Shown in pieces: positions 12,519 to 24,853 of a stretch of DNA of 64,000 bases. The notes beneath the pieces were generated by a model. That model was not told the origin of the DNA and made no database searches. It saw nothing but the letters and a program-made list of their open reading frames with translations. The first letter of the stretch is position 1. Each line of letters begins with the position of its first letter. The translations under genes were made by a program, and so were the position numbers. The stretch is from Octopus sinensis (Eukaryota), in the NCBI RefSeq assembly GCF_006345805.1, contig NC_043019.1:13515360-13579359 (forward strand), read 5' to 3'.

Positions 12519-12926
12519 TATACATACATACATACATACATACAACACACACACATCAAACAGTGTGTGTGTATATATATATATATATATAAAGAGAGAC
12601 ACACATACACATACACCATGTTGAGATTCCGGCACTGAAGGAATGGCAAGATACAATAGCATCTCTTGAAAGCATTTTTTCTTATTTTTCTTTTAGCTTC
12701 TAGCATCATCATCATCATCATCGTCATCTAGGCTCTTCTTCCTTTCTTCAATTCGTCTTTTTCAATTCTTCTTCTAGGTCCTTCTTCTTGTTTTGTTTTG
12801 TTTTTGTTGTTGTTGTTGTCGTCGTTGTTCATGAAGTGGTGACAGTTGGTGGGGAGGTAATTTCCGGATGAAATGGAAGTGGAAAAAAAAAACAAAAATA
12901 AAATAAAATACAACCATAAACTAAGT

Positions 12927-12982
<56 letters not shown>

Positions 12983-13512
12983 AAAAAAAAAGAAAAGAAA
13001 AGAAAGTTCGCAGAAACCACCAAAAAGAGCAAGAGAAAAACAGTACGGAACGAAGGAGTACAATTAATAGAATGACTGGAAGCTAACTGTTAAGAATCAT
13101 TAAAACCATTTTTACCTGGAACAGAAGGAAACAAAGAAGAAAGAAAATAAACAAAAAAAAATATTCCTTGGGAGGCAGGACAAGATTGGTGAACAGGAAA
13201 AGAAAACAAGCTTCCTGATGTTTTGGGATTCTTCGGAAGTTTTTTTTTTTTTTTTTTTTCTTTTTTCCTCTCAAAGAAAAGGTTAATTTCCTTAGAGTTC
13301 CCTTTTTAGCATTATCATCAAGATGAAGAATCCCTGCTTCCTTTTTTGTTTGGATAATTAGTTCTGGATTAAGAGACGGGGCTAAAGTTTCTTACATTTA
13401 ATCTGATTAAAAGCGAAAGTGTGTGTGTGTGTGTATGTGACTGTTCATGTGATCCTTGTGTGTGTGTGTATGCGTCTCTTCATGTGAGCCTTGTGTGTGT
13501 GTGTGTGTGTGT

Positions 13513-13690
13513 ACCATCATCATCATTATTTAGCATCTGCTTTCCATGCTGGCATGGGTTGGATGATTTGATTGAAAACTGGTAATCTGGAGAGCTGTAC
13601 CAGGCTCCAATCTGATTTGGAATGGTTTCTACAGCTGGATGCCCTTCCTAATGCCAACCCACTCCAGCACTGCTTTTTACATGTCACTGG
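13513..13690 (-). mobile_element. Family D 3' part
   Basis: Same 3' motif. Confidence 0.75.
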
Positions 13691-13840
13691 ATTCTTGGGG
13701 TTAGTAGCCCAGGCATATGGCATAGTGGTTAAGAGCACACGCTACTACGATTCCGGGCAGTGACCTGAATAATAATAATAATAATAACAATAATGATGAT
13801 AATAATAATAATAATAATAATAATATAATAATAATAATAA

Positions 13841-13986
13841 TATATCGAAAAATACCTCAGGAATGAGAACCCAGGTTCGAAATTTCCCCTAAGACACCTG
13901 ATGAAGGCTGGAGGGTATATCAGCTGAAATGTTGTGTACACAACAAGCAAGATGAGGACAAATATCCATCAAATGTAAATAATGTA
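13841..13986 (+). mobile_element. Penelope-like element terminal-repeat fragment (hammerhead family 1)
   Basis: Shares about 110 bp with 42366-42499 (aatttcccc...gagggtatatcagctgaaa...gatgaggacaaatatccatcaaatgtaaataatgta) and carries a minimal hammerhead, typical of Penelope-like pLTRs. Confidence 0.55.
13894..13937 (+). ncRNA. Minimal Penelope-type hammerhead motif, partly decayed
   Basis: acac-CTGATGA-a-ggctg(gagggtatat)cagct-GAAA-tGTT-gtgt. Stem I acac/gtgt, stem II ggctg/cagct; C15.2 is replaced by T. Confidence 0.55.
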
Positions 13987-14609
13987 AGATTTTATTAGTT
14001 CATTCAATTTCCTACAAGAATATATAGTTTTATATATGTAAAGTATGCCCTCTGTATGGCCTGTGAAAAGGATCTGTCTTCAAAGGGTTAATTATCATCA
14101 TCATTACCATCTTCATGACTAACTTTACTGCCTTCATTATCAACATTATCATCATCAACATTATCACCACCATCATCAACATTATCGCCATCATCATCAA
14201 CATTATCGCCATCATCGGTGTCTGTCTGCCTTTTACTGCATATCTGTAGCAGACATGAGCCTGTTGTGGAAGTTGAAAGACATTTAAATCTTGTGATGGC
14301 GGCTGCTGCTGCTGCTACTACTACTACTACTACTACTACTACTATCACTACTACTCCTACTTCTAGCGCTGTTATCCTATACCATCTCTGCCATGTGTCT
14401 TTTCTGTCTCTCTTTGGCCTTCTTTGATCTGCCTGTAGCCAGATTATGTTAGAAGCAGGGTTGGATCTGAAACTAAAGCAGCGCAATCTAAAGAGGTAAC
14501 TCCCAAGAGGTTAAAAATGGTAAACCATTCCGTATTAGTTGGAGCAAATCAACAAGAGGTTGACAAGAGCGCAGAGTAATACTCTCTATGACTAATCGTA
14601 ATCAGGGAC

Positions 14610-15014
14610 AAGCGTGGCTGTGTGGTAAGTAGCTTGCTTCCCAACCACATTGTTCCGGGTTCAGTCCCACTACATGGCACCTTGGACAAGTGTCTTTTAC
14701 TATAGCCTCTGGCTAACCAAAGCCTTGTGAGAGGATTTGGTAGAGGGAAAATGAAAGAAGCCTGTTGTATATATATATATATATATATATGGAAACCGAA
14801 AGAAGCCTGTCATATGTATATATATGTCTTTGTGTCTGTGTTGGTGTGTTTACATTCCTGTAACTTAGCAGTTTGGCAAAAGACACCAATAGAATAATTA
14901 CTAGGCTTTAAAAGAAAAAAAAGAAAGCCCCCTGAGGTTGATTTGTTCGACTAAAACCCTTCAAGGCCATGCTCCAGCATGGCTCCAGTCAAATGACAAA
15001 ATACAAGTAAAAGA
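14610..15014 (+). mobile_element. SINE-A
   Basis: Same head, body and tail. Confidence 0.85.
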
Positions 15015-15132
15015 ATGACAGAATGTACCAGGTCAAATATTTAGCGGCATTTTGTGCCTTTACATTCTGAGTTCAAATTCTGCCGAGGTCGACTTTGCCT
15101 TTCATCTTTTCAAGGTCAATAACTTAAGTACC

Positions 15133-15348
15133 TATTTCTTTACTACCCACAAGGGGACAAACAAGGACAGACAAATGGATTAAGTTGATTATATCGACCC
15201 CAGTGTGTAACTGGTACTTATTTAATTGACCCCGAAAGGATTAAAGGCAAAGTCGATCTTGGCGGAATTTGAACTCAGAACATAGCGGCAGACGAAATAC
15301 CACTAAGCATTTCGCCCGGCGTGCTAACGTTTCTGCCAGCTCACCGCC
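15133..15348 (-). mobile_element. SINE-B (tRNA-derived) inserted into an older plus-strand SINE-B
   Basis: Head ggcggtgagctggcagaaacgttagcacg..., core gtcgactttgcctttcatcctttcggggtcgataaattaagtacc, 9-bp TSD ttaagtacc (15124-32, 15349-57). Confidence 0.9.
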
Positions 15349-15862
15349 TTAAGTACCAGCTGAATGCTGGGGGATGGGGGAGGGGCGGTTTCAATGTGAT
15401 CGATCGACTTACACCCTGAAATCATTGGCCTTGTAACCAAAACCTGAAGCCAGTATTTCAGCAGCCCCCAACTGAAGTATAAAACCCCGAGTTTTCTGTC
15501 CTCCTTTTATTTTTTTTTAAGAGACATATTTTAGCATTAGAAATTGTCTAGAAGCCACAGCGCTATAAATGGTAAATAGGTGAGAGGGGTAAGAGGTGGG
15601 CAGGAGGTGGTTGCTGAATAAATAAATGATCAGGGTGGAAGAGACAGCAGACACAGGCACTTAAAGAACAGGCAACCATTCATAGTCGGATGGATAATGG
15701 ATAGAGAACCTGTTTAATGATTTTGGGTTGTTTTTTGGATTTTTTGGATTTTTTTCCACTGATAACATGTGTTAGTTAGTATTGACCATACTAACATCAT
15801 TGTCGAACAAATGGTTCTTTTCTCTCTCTTCTCCCTCTGTCTTCTCCTCACCCTTTCTCTCT

Positions 15863-15893
<31 letters not shown>

Positions 15894-15954
15894 ACTAGCA
15901 GGTTTTTTATTATATTAAGTACATATGTACGAGCAGGAGTTGTCTGGCACTGGG

Positions 15955-16345
15955 AATATCATCTCCATCCTCATCACCACTTTCACCATCATCATCATCG
16001 CCATCATCACCATTATCATCACCATCACCATTATCATCAGCATCATCATTGTCATCTTCTCCATCATCACCACTTTCATTGTCATAAGCACCATTATCAT
16101 TATCATCATCACCATCATTATCATCATCTTAATTAATATCATCATTTTCATCTTCTCCATCATCACCACTTTCATTGTCATCATCACCATTATCATCACC
16201 ATCATCATTGTCATCATCATCATCATCATCATGATTATTATCATCATTTTCATCTTCTCCATCATCATCATCACTGCTTACACTGTCATCATTGCCATCA
16301 TTATCACCACCATCATTGTCGTCGTCATCACCATCATCACTAGCT
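15955..16345. repeat. (ATC)n-type trinucleotide repeat
   Basis: Direct reading. Confidence 0.9.
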
Positions 16346-16544
16346 GGTGTATTCATTTAGAGCGAAGGAGATGGGAACAATGTGAAATAAAGGGCCTCGC
16401 TCAAGGACACAGTGTACCACCCACCTGAGCTGGAGGGATCAAAGCCCCTGGTTTTATGATTGAATGCCCAGCATCCTACTTAACCAGTCGGCTATGTGCC
16501 TTCTCACAAAACATATTTCCTAAAAAATAAACATTTCTGAGGTA

Positions 16545-16818
16545 CAAGTTCGGCCATGGTTCTTAATGGAAGACCAGCATTCACCCATGCATAGCAGCCT
16601 CCCTTCTCCATGCTACAGATGTTATCCAAGGGAAAGGCAAAGGGGCCGATACAGCTTGACACCAGTGATGTCACAACTCATTTCTACAGCTGAGTGAACT
16701 GCAGCAACGTGAAATAAAGTGTCTTGCTCAAGAACACAACATGCAACCCGGTCTGAGAATCGAACTCACTACCTCATGATTGTGAGCCTTATGCTCTAAC
16801 CACTAAGCCATGTGCCTT
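16545..16818 (-). mobile_element. SINE-E, tRNA head plus CORE-like central domain
   Basis: Minus strand: aaggcacatggcttagtggttagagc...gagttcgattctc...ttcttgagcaagacactttatttcacgttgc..cagttcactcagctgtagaaatgag. A related diverged copy is at about 16340-16503. Confidence 0.75.
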
Positions 16819-17070
16819 AATCACATCGTAGTAAAAACGCATTAACCTATCACATTTTCTTAACAAACATATTAACCAATCACATCATTGTGACAAATCA
16901 TATTAAGCCAATCACATTTGTTGTGACAGATCTATTAATAATGATATCGATGTAAAAACTCGTCAACCTATCACATTGGTGTAACAAACCTGGGAACCAA
17001 TCACATCATCGTAATAGACATTATTAACCAATCACATTTACTATCACAAACAGGTTAACCTATCATATAA
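16817..17070 (+). repeat. Degenerate ~30-bp tandem array with core AACC(A/T)ATCACAT
   Basis: Cores at 16844, 16874, 16906, 16965, 16995, 17026, 17057. Confidence 0.8.
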
Positions 17071-17159
17071 AGCAATGACAAGGACATTTGTTTAGTTCCC
17101 AAGAATGCCACAGTTTTTTTTTTTTTTTTTTACTGTTGTTTTTTGTTTCGAAGTATTTC

Positions 17160-17546
17160 TAGCTTGCTTACCAACCACATGGTTCCGGGTTCATTCCCAC
17201 TGCGTGGCACCTTGGGCAAGTGTCTTCTACTATAGCCTCAAGCCGAACAAAGCCTTGTAAGTGGATTTGGTAGACGGAAACTGAAAGAAGCCCGTCGTAT
17301 ATATGTATATATACTTATATATATGTGTTGTGTGTGTGTGGTGTCTGTGTTTGTTCCCCCACCATTGCTTCACAACCGATGCTGGTGTGTTTACATCCCT
17401 GTAACTTAGCGGTTCGGCAAAAGAGATCGATAGAATAAGTGCTAGGCTTACAAAGAATAAATCCTGGGGTCGATTTGCTCGACTGAAGGCGGTGCTCCAG
17501 CATGTCCGCAGTCAAATGACTGAAACAAGTAAAAGAGTAAAAGAGA
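17160..17546 (+). mobile_element. SINE-A, 5' clipped
   Basis: Starts at tagcttgcttacc and ends aagtaaaagagtaaaagag. Confidence 0.9.
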
Positions 17547-18206
17547 GAGTACCCCCATCGTATCTTCTTCCGTTTCCACATGAATCTTCTAGTAGAAACA
17601 GATTTAAGCAAGTCTGCCAGTAGTTGATAACAGGACCAGAATACGAGGTAAATAAAATAAATAGATAAAACATAAACTAAAAACCCACAGATGGTGGTGG
17701 TGGCGGTGGTGATTTGGGTGCATGGGGGTGCTGGCGGGGCGGGGGGGAGGCGCCCTACCGACAGTCGATGCTTACTAAGTCTTACCAAATTTACTAAATT
17801 CTATTCAACATGACATGAAATTTAATATATCTTCAGATTTGATAGTTTACACCAAGAACCCAGTCTTTCTAATTCAAAGCAAAACCAAAAAAAAAAAAAT
17901 AAGAAAAAAAAACATAGGTAAAATAAAACAAAGAAAAAGATTAAGGAAGGAGCAAAGCAGTAAGAGTTGGGGAGGCCCTTCTCCTCTGCCAGTGGAAATA
18001 TATTTCAACCTAAGGGATGGGTCTGCCTGTTTTACAAGCCCCTTTTCAACACATATATTCCACCAACCATGTCCTATAAAATTTCTTTTGGCATGTTACT
18101 CCAAGGAAGGAGGAGGGGAGAAGTCAGGTTTTACTCTACTACTACTACTACTACTACTATTATTATTATTATTATTATTATGTTCATTATTATTATTATT
18201 ACTACT

Positions 18207-18608
18207 ACTCTTTACTCTTTTACTTGTTTCAGTCATTTTGACTGTGGCCATGCTGGAGCACCACCTTTAGTCGAGCAAATCGACCCCGGGACTTATTCTT
18301 TGTAAGCCCAGTACTTATTCTATCGGTCTCTTTCGCCGAACCGCTAAGTGACGGGGACGTAAACACACCAGCATCGGTTGTCAAGCAATGCTAGGGGGAC
18401 AAACACAAACACACACACATACACATATATATATATATATATACGACAGGCTTCTTTCAGTTTCCGTCTACCAAATCCACTCACAAGGCATTGGTCGGCC
18501 CGGGGCTATAGCAGAAGACACTTGCCCAAGATGCCACGCAGTGGGACTGAACCCGGAATCGTGTGGTTGGTTAGCAAGCTACTTACCACACAGCCACTCC
18601 TGCGCCTA
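18207..18608 (-). mobile_element. SINE-A, full length
   Basis: Reverse-complement copy ending ...cacagccactcctgcgcct. Confidence 0.9.
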
Positions 18609-19044
18609 CTATTATTATTATTATTATTACTATTATTTATTTATTTATTTCCCTTTAATTTTTTTATTTTATTTATTTATTTTTGCAGAAGAAAGCTAGG
18701 TTGTGGGTGGAGGGGACGGGAGATATTTCTGTAGAAACCACACATGTTTGAAATGTAACTAATTCGCCACTTGTTGCTTTCTGCCAGTGAAAGCCAAAGT
18801 GGATTCTGCTAGAAGTTTTTTTATGCCAAACAAGGAAAGTCAAACTTGAGATATTTCATAGTGGATGGGTGGGGAGGAGATTATGTTCTTTTTTTTTATT
18901 CTTTTTTCTGTTTTTGTATCTTTTTTTGCTTCTTCTTTATTTCAACAATAAGCCTTGAATATCTAATACATATATATATATATATATATATAGATAGATA
19001 GGTAGATAGATATAGATATATATATATACACATATATATAATAC

Positions 19045-19089
<45 letters not shown>

Positions 19090-19706
19090 TACACACACAT
19101 ATGCATGTGTATATATACATATATATATATATTTATTTATATATATATATATACACACATGCATATATATACATAGATATATATACATATATATATACAT
19201 AGATATTTATACATATATATACATACATACATATATATATGTGTGTATGAGTATATATATGTATGTATATATATATATATAGATATTTTACAAAACTTCT
19301 GTAAGAATTCAGGGCTGCTTCACACGTGCGTGTCTATGTGTCTGTTCGTCCTCACTAGAATGCTAATCTAGGACGTCTGGAATATATTTCTTGAGAGTTC
19401 TACAAATAGATGCCAACAGCACTACACAACTTCTAAAGGTTGTTGTATAGCTCCAAGCCATCCATGACCATCCTTGTCCTTTTTATTATTTTTTTATTTG
19501 TTTACCTTTTGTTCTTTTATGTTTCACTTGTTTCAATCACTTTTGGCTGTGGCCATGCTGGGGCACCGCCTTGAAGGGTTTTTGTTGAACAAATGAACTC
19601 CAGGGCTTTTTTTTGTTTTTGTTTTATTGGTACTTATTCTATCAATGTCTTTTGCTGAACTATAGTAAAAAGGATTATTATTATTATTATATTATTATTA
19701 TTATTA

Positions 19707-19754
<48 letters not shown>

Positions 19755-19764
19755 CATATTATAA

Positions 19765-19980
19765 GTGGGTGAACTGGCAGAATCTTTAGCACATTAAGCA
19801 AAATGATTAGCTGTATTTCATGTCTTCATGTTCTGGGTTCAAATTCCGCCGAGGTTAACTTTGCTTTTCATCCTTTGAGAGTCAATAAATCAAATACCAG
19901 TGAAACACCGGTGTCAATGTAATCCACTAGTCCCCTCCCCTTCCAAATTTGAGGCCTTCTACCTTTAGCATAAAGGGTTA
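19765..19980 (+). mobile_element. SINE-B, alternative tail type (cccctcccc...gccttg...aaaggatt(att)n)
   Basis: Same head and core, different 3' module. Confidence 0.75.
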
Positions 19981-20015
19981 TTATTATTATGATTGTTATT
20001 ATTATCATTATGACT

Positions 20016-20380
20016 ATTATTACCTCTGCCTTAGCGAAGGCAGAAGTATTGTTTTCAGTCGTGCTTGTTTGTCTGTGGACAAGATATCTCAAGAACTGCT
20101 GGATGGATTTGGATGAATCTTTCAGGGATGTTTGGCCTCGTGATTGGCTTAAACTGATTGGATTTTGGGATCAATCCAGTATTGGACAAGGATTCTGGAT
20201 TATTTTTCCTGTTTTTTTACTTAATTTTTGCGAGCGGTCAGGTTCATTTTTAGTATTCCTATTTGTGAGAGCAGTCGAATTTATTTCAGATATTCTCATT
20301 TTAAAAATCATCTCTGGCTAATCATTGAGTGGACATTGGTGTTACCTTGGCGATGGTTTTACACCCTCTGAGTGCTCTTA
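20016..20380 (+). mobile_element. Helentron-associated non-autonomous element (HINE/DINE-like)
   Basis: 5' attacctctgccttagcgaaggcagaag..ttgttttc (subterminal hairpin), internal ggatggatttggatgaa, 3' ccttggcgatgg...ctctgagtgctct. This matches the HINE end pattern as I recall it. Confidence 0.6.
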
Positions 20381-20419
20381 TTATTATTATTATTATCATT
20401 ATTATTGTTATTATTATTA

Positions 20420-20477
<58 letters not shown>

Positions 20478-21469
20478 TACGTTTAATGTTGTTTTATGTG
20501 GGCCCTTGTGGCTAATATAAGAATTAATTATTATTATGATTGTGATTATTAATATCATTATTGTTATTACTATTATTATTATTATTATTAATTATTATTA
20601 TTATTATTATTATTGTTATTTCATCTCTAAGATACTTATTTAATTCTACAATCAGAACAGTAAATGCTATCAAGAAATGCATGCCACGACAGTTGAATGA
20701 TAAACACACTGTATGTGTGAGTTTGTGTGTGTGTATTGGTGTCCGCATACAAGCAAAGAGGAGAAGAAGTAGAAGAAGGAGAGGAAGAAGAAGTGTTTCT
20801 GCTGAACACAAACAGTTGAATAAGCTTGATTTTTAAATTGACACAGCCATCCATTTCATTCCAACACAGCTGCAATAGAAACACACAAGTAATTTGTGCT
20901 TTTATTCTAGTCTTTAGCGTTTGTTTTGCAATCGAGAACAATGCAGGGGTGGGCGGGCGGGCGGGCAGGAGGGGGAAGACGGACGGCGCATCCATAAACC
21001 TCGAAGTATGTCTAAAAATTTTCTATAGGAATATCTGCTGCTGATGATGATGATGATGATGATGATGATGACGACGATGGTGCTGAGATGGTGATGCTGA
21101 ATCTGTGAAAAATGAACAAACGCTAGCCGTAGATTAATGGATTCCATTCAGCCTTCTTGGTACCGTTTGCCGTTTTCTCCGGGTTGTGTCATCTCCAGCT
21201 GTCATATTCAGAGTCATTATTTACATTTTAAAAAGGCAAGAGGAGGGGGGGAGGTAGAAAGAAGGGAAAGATGGAAGAGTAGGGGATTTGGGGAGGAGGA
21301 GGGAAGAGATATGTGGAAGGTGCGGAGGAGGAAAAAAGGGGAAGATAGTCGGAGGGGAAAGATGGAGTTTTCCATCGGAGCAACAGACTAACAAAGCAGT
21401 GATGAAGTGGGGGAGGCTTTTATCCTACGTGGAAAACTGTTAACCCTTTCGTGATGATTTTTCTAATGA

Positions 21470-21493
21470 TATGTATGTATGCATGTATGTGTG

Positions 21494-21536
<43 letters not shown>

Positions 21537-21713
21537 ATATGTGTTTGTGTGTATATATCTGTTTGTATGTGTGTGTATATATATATGTGTGTGTGTGTGT
21601 GCATATATGTGTTTGTGTGTATATATCTATTTGTATGTGTGTATATATATATGTGTGTGTGTCTGTGTGTGTGCATATATGTGTCTGTGTATATATCTGT
21701 TTGTATGTGCGTG

Positions 21714-21760
<47 letters not shown>

Positions 21761-21885
21761 ATATAGGCATATCTGTTTGTGCATTTGTGTGTACATATCT
21801 GTATGTGTATATATGTATGTATATATATGTGTGTATGTGTATATATGTGTGTGTATTTGTATATATGTATGTATATTATATGAAA
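21470..21885. repeat. (TG)n/(TA)n compound microsatellite
   Basis: Direct reading. Confidence 0.9.
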
Positions 21886-22267
21886 CTATTGAAAAAAGTC
21901 ACGCAGGGACTTGGTAAAATTACTGAATTTTTTTTTTCTTTTCCCCCCTGTTTTAAGTTGGTTATTGGGACATAACAAAGCAAAGCATAAAAAGAAAATG
22001 CTTCTTGCATGAAATTATAATGGATGTTTTTGTTCTTTTGGAGTTTTTTCTTTTTTTGTGAATGTGAACATTTTTAAGGAGATGAGAAAATATTTGGGAG
22101 AACCAGAGTCAGTCTCCTGTGGGTTGGTACCAGAAGGATTAAGATGATAATCTGTTTCAGCTAGATTTACATGGAAATGATTTCATTTGTATCCCTAAAG
22201 CATCAACAGACAAACCCCAGATTTGAGTCGCTTTAAACGGTGAGTGGGCTGACAGTTATACCACATC

Positions 22268-22750
22268 CTCATCATCATCATCATCATCATCATTCAGTGT
22301 TCATGTTCCTTGCTGGCATGGGTTGGATGGCTTGACAAGGAGCTGATGGACCCAAGGTCTACAACGCGTTTCCAGTGTCTGGGTGCCCTTTCTACTGTCA
22401 ACTATTTTACAATGAGTATGGGGTGCTTTTATGTCACACCACCACTATTCCAGCAATGGTGATGGATTTAAGGGTTCTGAGTAAAAAAAATACATACATA
22501 CATACACACACACACACTGTGACCAAGACCATTGGCAACATGCTGTGCATGAGAAGAGTCATCAGTGGCACATAAAAAGCATCCATTAGACTCTTGGAGT
22601 GGTTGGCGTTAGGAAGGGCATCCAGCCGTAGAAACCATGCCAAATCAGATTGGAACTTGGTGCAGCTCTCCAGTTTTCCAGTTTCAATCAAGCCATCCAG
22701 CCCATGCCAGCACGAAAAGCAGACGTTAGATGATGATGATGATGATGATG
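22268..22750. mobile_element. Two diverged family D copies in divergent orientation (22268-22442 minus, 22560-22750 plus)
   Basis: Both carry the ccatgc..gcat..gga motif and (GAT)n tails pointing outward. Confidence 0.7.
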
Positions 22751-22766
22751 TGTGTGTGTGTGTATA

Positions 22767-23024
22767 ATAGATGAGTGTATTTTCCCTTGTTATATTATAT
22801 AATGTTTTTTCCAACAATATTAGTTGCGTTCAGTAAATCACTATACATATCCATCCATCATTTTCTGTTAAAATGTCTTATTGACGAGTTTCGTTTCTTC
22901 ACTTCCCTGAAGAGAAAATTACATTGTTTTACATCATTCTATTCCTTTGGAATAACATCAGTGAAATCTTCGAAACATGTGTCGGAAGTAAAAGTATTTG
23001 AATTATACCTGCATTAAAACTCCA
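22767..23024 (+). mobile_element. Hammerhead-bearing repeat (family 2), left part
   Basis: Begins atagatgagtgtattttcccttgtta, contains the full hammerhead, and shares about 65 bp (atcagtg...ctcca) with the reverse complement of 28939-29005. Confidence 0.6.
22901..22989 (+). ncRNA. Type I hammerhead ribozyme motif, catalytic core intact
   Basis: Stem I acttcc (22901-06) pairs with ggaagt (22984-89). Core CTGAAGA at 22907-13. Stem II is closed by G22914-C22971 (gaaaattacattg/cagtgaaatcttc, imperfect). GAAA at 22972-75, stem III AC/GT with ATGT loop, GTC cleavage triplet at 22981-83. Confidence 0.75.
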
Positions 23025-23166
23025 CTGTATATATATATTATATATATTATGTATATATATAATAGTCTATATATGTATATGTATATATATATATGTATAT
23101 ATTGTATATGTATATAATATATATATATAATATGTATATCTATATATATATATATATGTATATATA

Positions 23167-23197
<31 letters not shown>

Positions 23198-24046
23198 TAT
23201 ATGTAATATATATATATCAGACACCTGAAGAATGAGGGTAGTAGAGTTACAACATCCAGAATGTTAGGATGTAACAACCATGATGAGAGCACTAATCCGA
23301 ATGCATACATGTATCAGAATTCATTGCAGGGTATTGATAATGTTGCATCACGGAGATGCATGCATAAATCAAAAGCTGTAGGTATATTTACTATGCTTGC
23401 AGCGCAACCATGGAGATATTACATTATATCGTAGTAGAGTTTCTGTTCGTGTGTTCCCATTAAACTTTGTGGCTGTTTTAAAACTAAAACTAAAACATCA
23501 TTTCTACCTACCAGCCAAAATGACAAAGTAATGCCTTCTTGCATATCCAATAATGGATTACTTCATGTGGTGTGTAGTAAAAGCTATAATTTTTGAAGAA
23601 ATTGCATGCAAAGGAGGGAGGAAAAATTTGTTTTTTAGAAAATTTTACAAATACTTCGAGAAAATTTGATCTTTTTCTTTCTTTTTTTTTTTTTTGCTAT
23701 AAATGGTGAAAAATTTTGGTGAGCAAATATTAATAATTCCAACAGTGAAAACAAGGTTGTTTTTGGAGGGTTTAAAATTTTTTTTTTTTTTTTTTTTTTG
23801 ATTATTTTTTACCTTATAAGGAATTTGTGAATAATGAAGCAGCCAGCAGCAAAAGTGAAAGCAGGCAATATTGGTTATAAATTTCAGAAATGTAAACATC
23901 ATTGATATTGATCAGAATTGCTGAGAACAAATGCTAAAATGAAATTAGAAGACTGAAATGGTAAATTTATACCATCCATCTATTTTAATGAGGGCTTAAA
24001 ACTTTTTGTGCATTTATACAGACCTGCGTGTGCATGTGTATACATT

Positions 24047-24262
24047 CGAAGGAGAGGAGCTTTCTCCGTCCGGGTTGCGGATCCGTGGAACAAGCTGCCA
24101 GACGAGATGGTGAAGATGCCGACGACCGCTTTGTTCAAAGCCTCCCTGGACCTCAAGTGGCCTGAACTCTTTACATGAACACCACCCTGTACTTAACTCC
24201 ATGTCCCCCTACATGGCCTTGCTATTTGCTTTTGAGCCAAATTAACTAACTAACTAACTAAC
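24047..24262 (+). mobile_element. 5'-truncated CR1-clade LINE 3' end
   Basis: 24047-24178 encodes RRRGAFSVRVADPWNKLPDEMVKMPTTALFKASLDLKWPELFT*, matching the CR1 ORF2 C-terminal pattern FSxRVxxxWNxLPxxxVxxxxxxxFKxxLD. A short 3' UTR and (TAAC)n tail follow. Confidence 0.85.
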
Positions 24263-24337
24263 ACATATATAAACACACACACATGTATATAAATGTATAT
24301 ATTTACATACATGCACACAAATATATGTGTGTGTTGC

Positions 24338-24650
24338 TGATCTGAGACCCCTTCGGTCATGACTGACCATGGGATTGCACCTAGAAAGTTACCCTCCCAG
24401 GCACAGGTCCGGGTAAGGTTATTTTTGTAGAAGACCAGCAGTCGCCCATGCATACCGGTGTCCCCTCTCCATGCCACTGATGTCATCCAAGGAAAAGGCA
24501 AAGGCCAATTCAGCTTGACAACAAAAATTTCACAACTCATTTCTACAGCTGAATGAACTGGAGTAACATGAACTAAAGTAACCATCTTGCTCAAGAGCAC
24601 ATCATGCAGCCTGGTCCAGGAATCGAACTCACAACTTCACGATCGTAAGC
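24338..24650 (-). mobile_element. SINE-E, head clipped by the adjacent SINE-A
   Basis: Matches 16545-16818. Confidence 0.75.
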
Positions 24651-24853
24651 ACGACTTGTTCCAGTCATTTGACTGCAACCATGATGGAGGACCACCTTTA
24701 GTCAAATCAAATCAAATCGACCCCAGGACTTATCCTTTGTAAGCCTAGTACTTATTCTATCGGCCTCTTTTGCCGAACTGCTAAGTTACGGGGACCTAAA
24801 CACACCAGCATCGGTTGTCAAGCAATGCTAGGGGGACAAACACAGACACACAA

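Noticed and set aside
23221-23300. CTGAAGA followed by a hairpin as another hammerhead
   Set aside because: No correctly placed GAAA, stem III or cleavage triplet.
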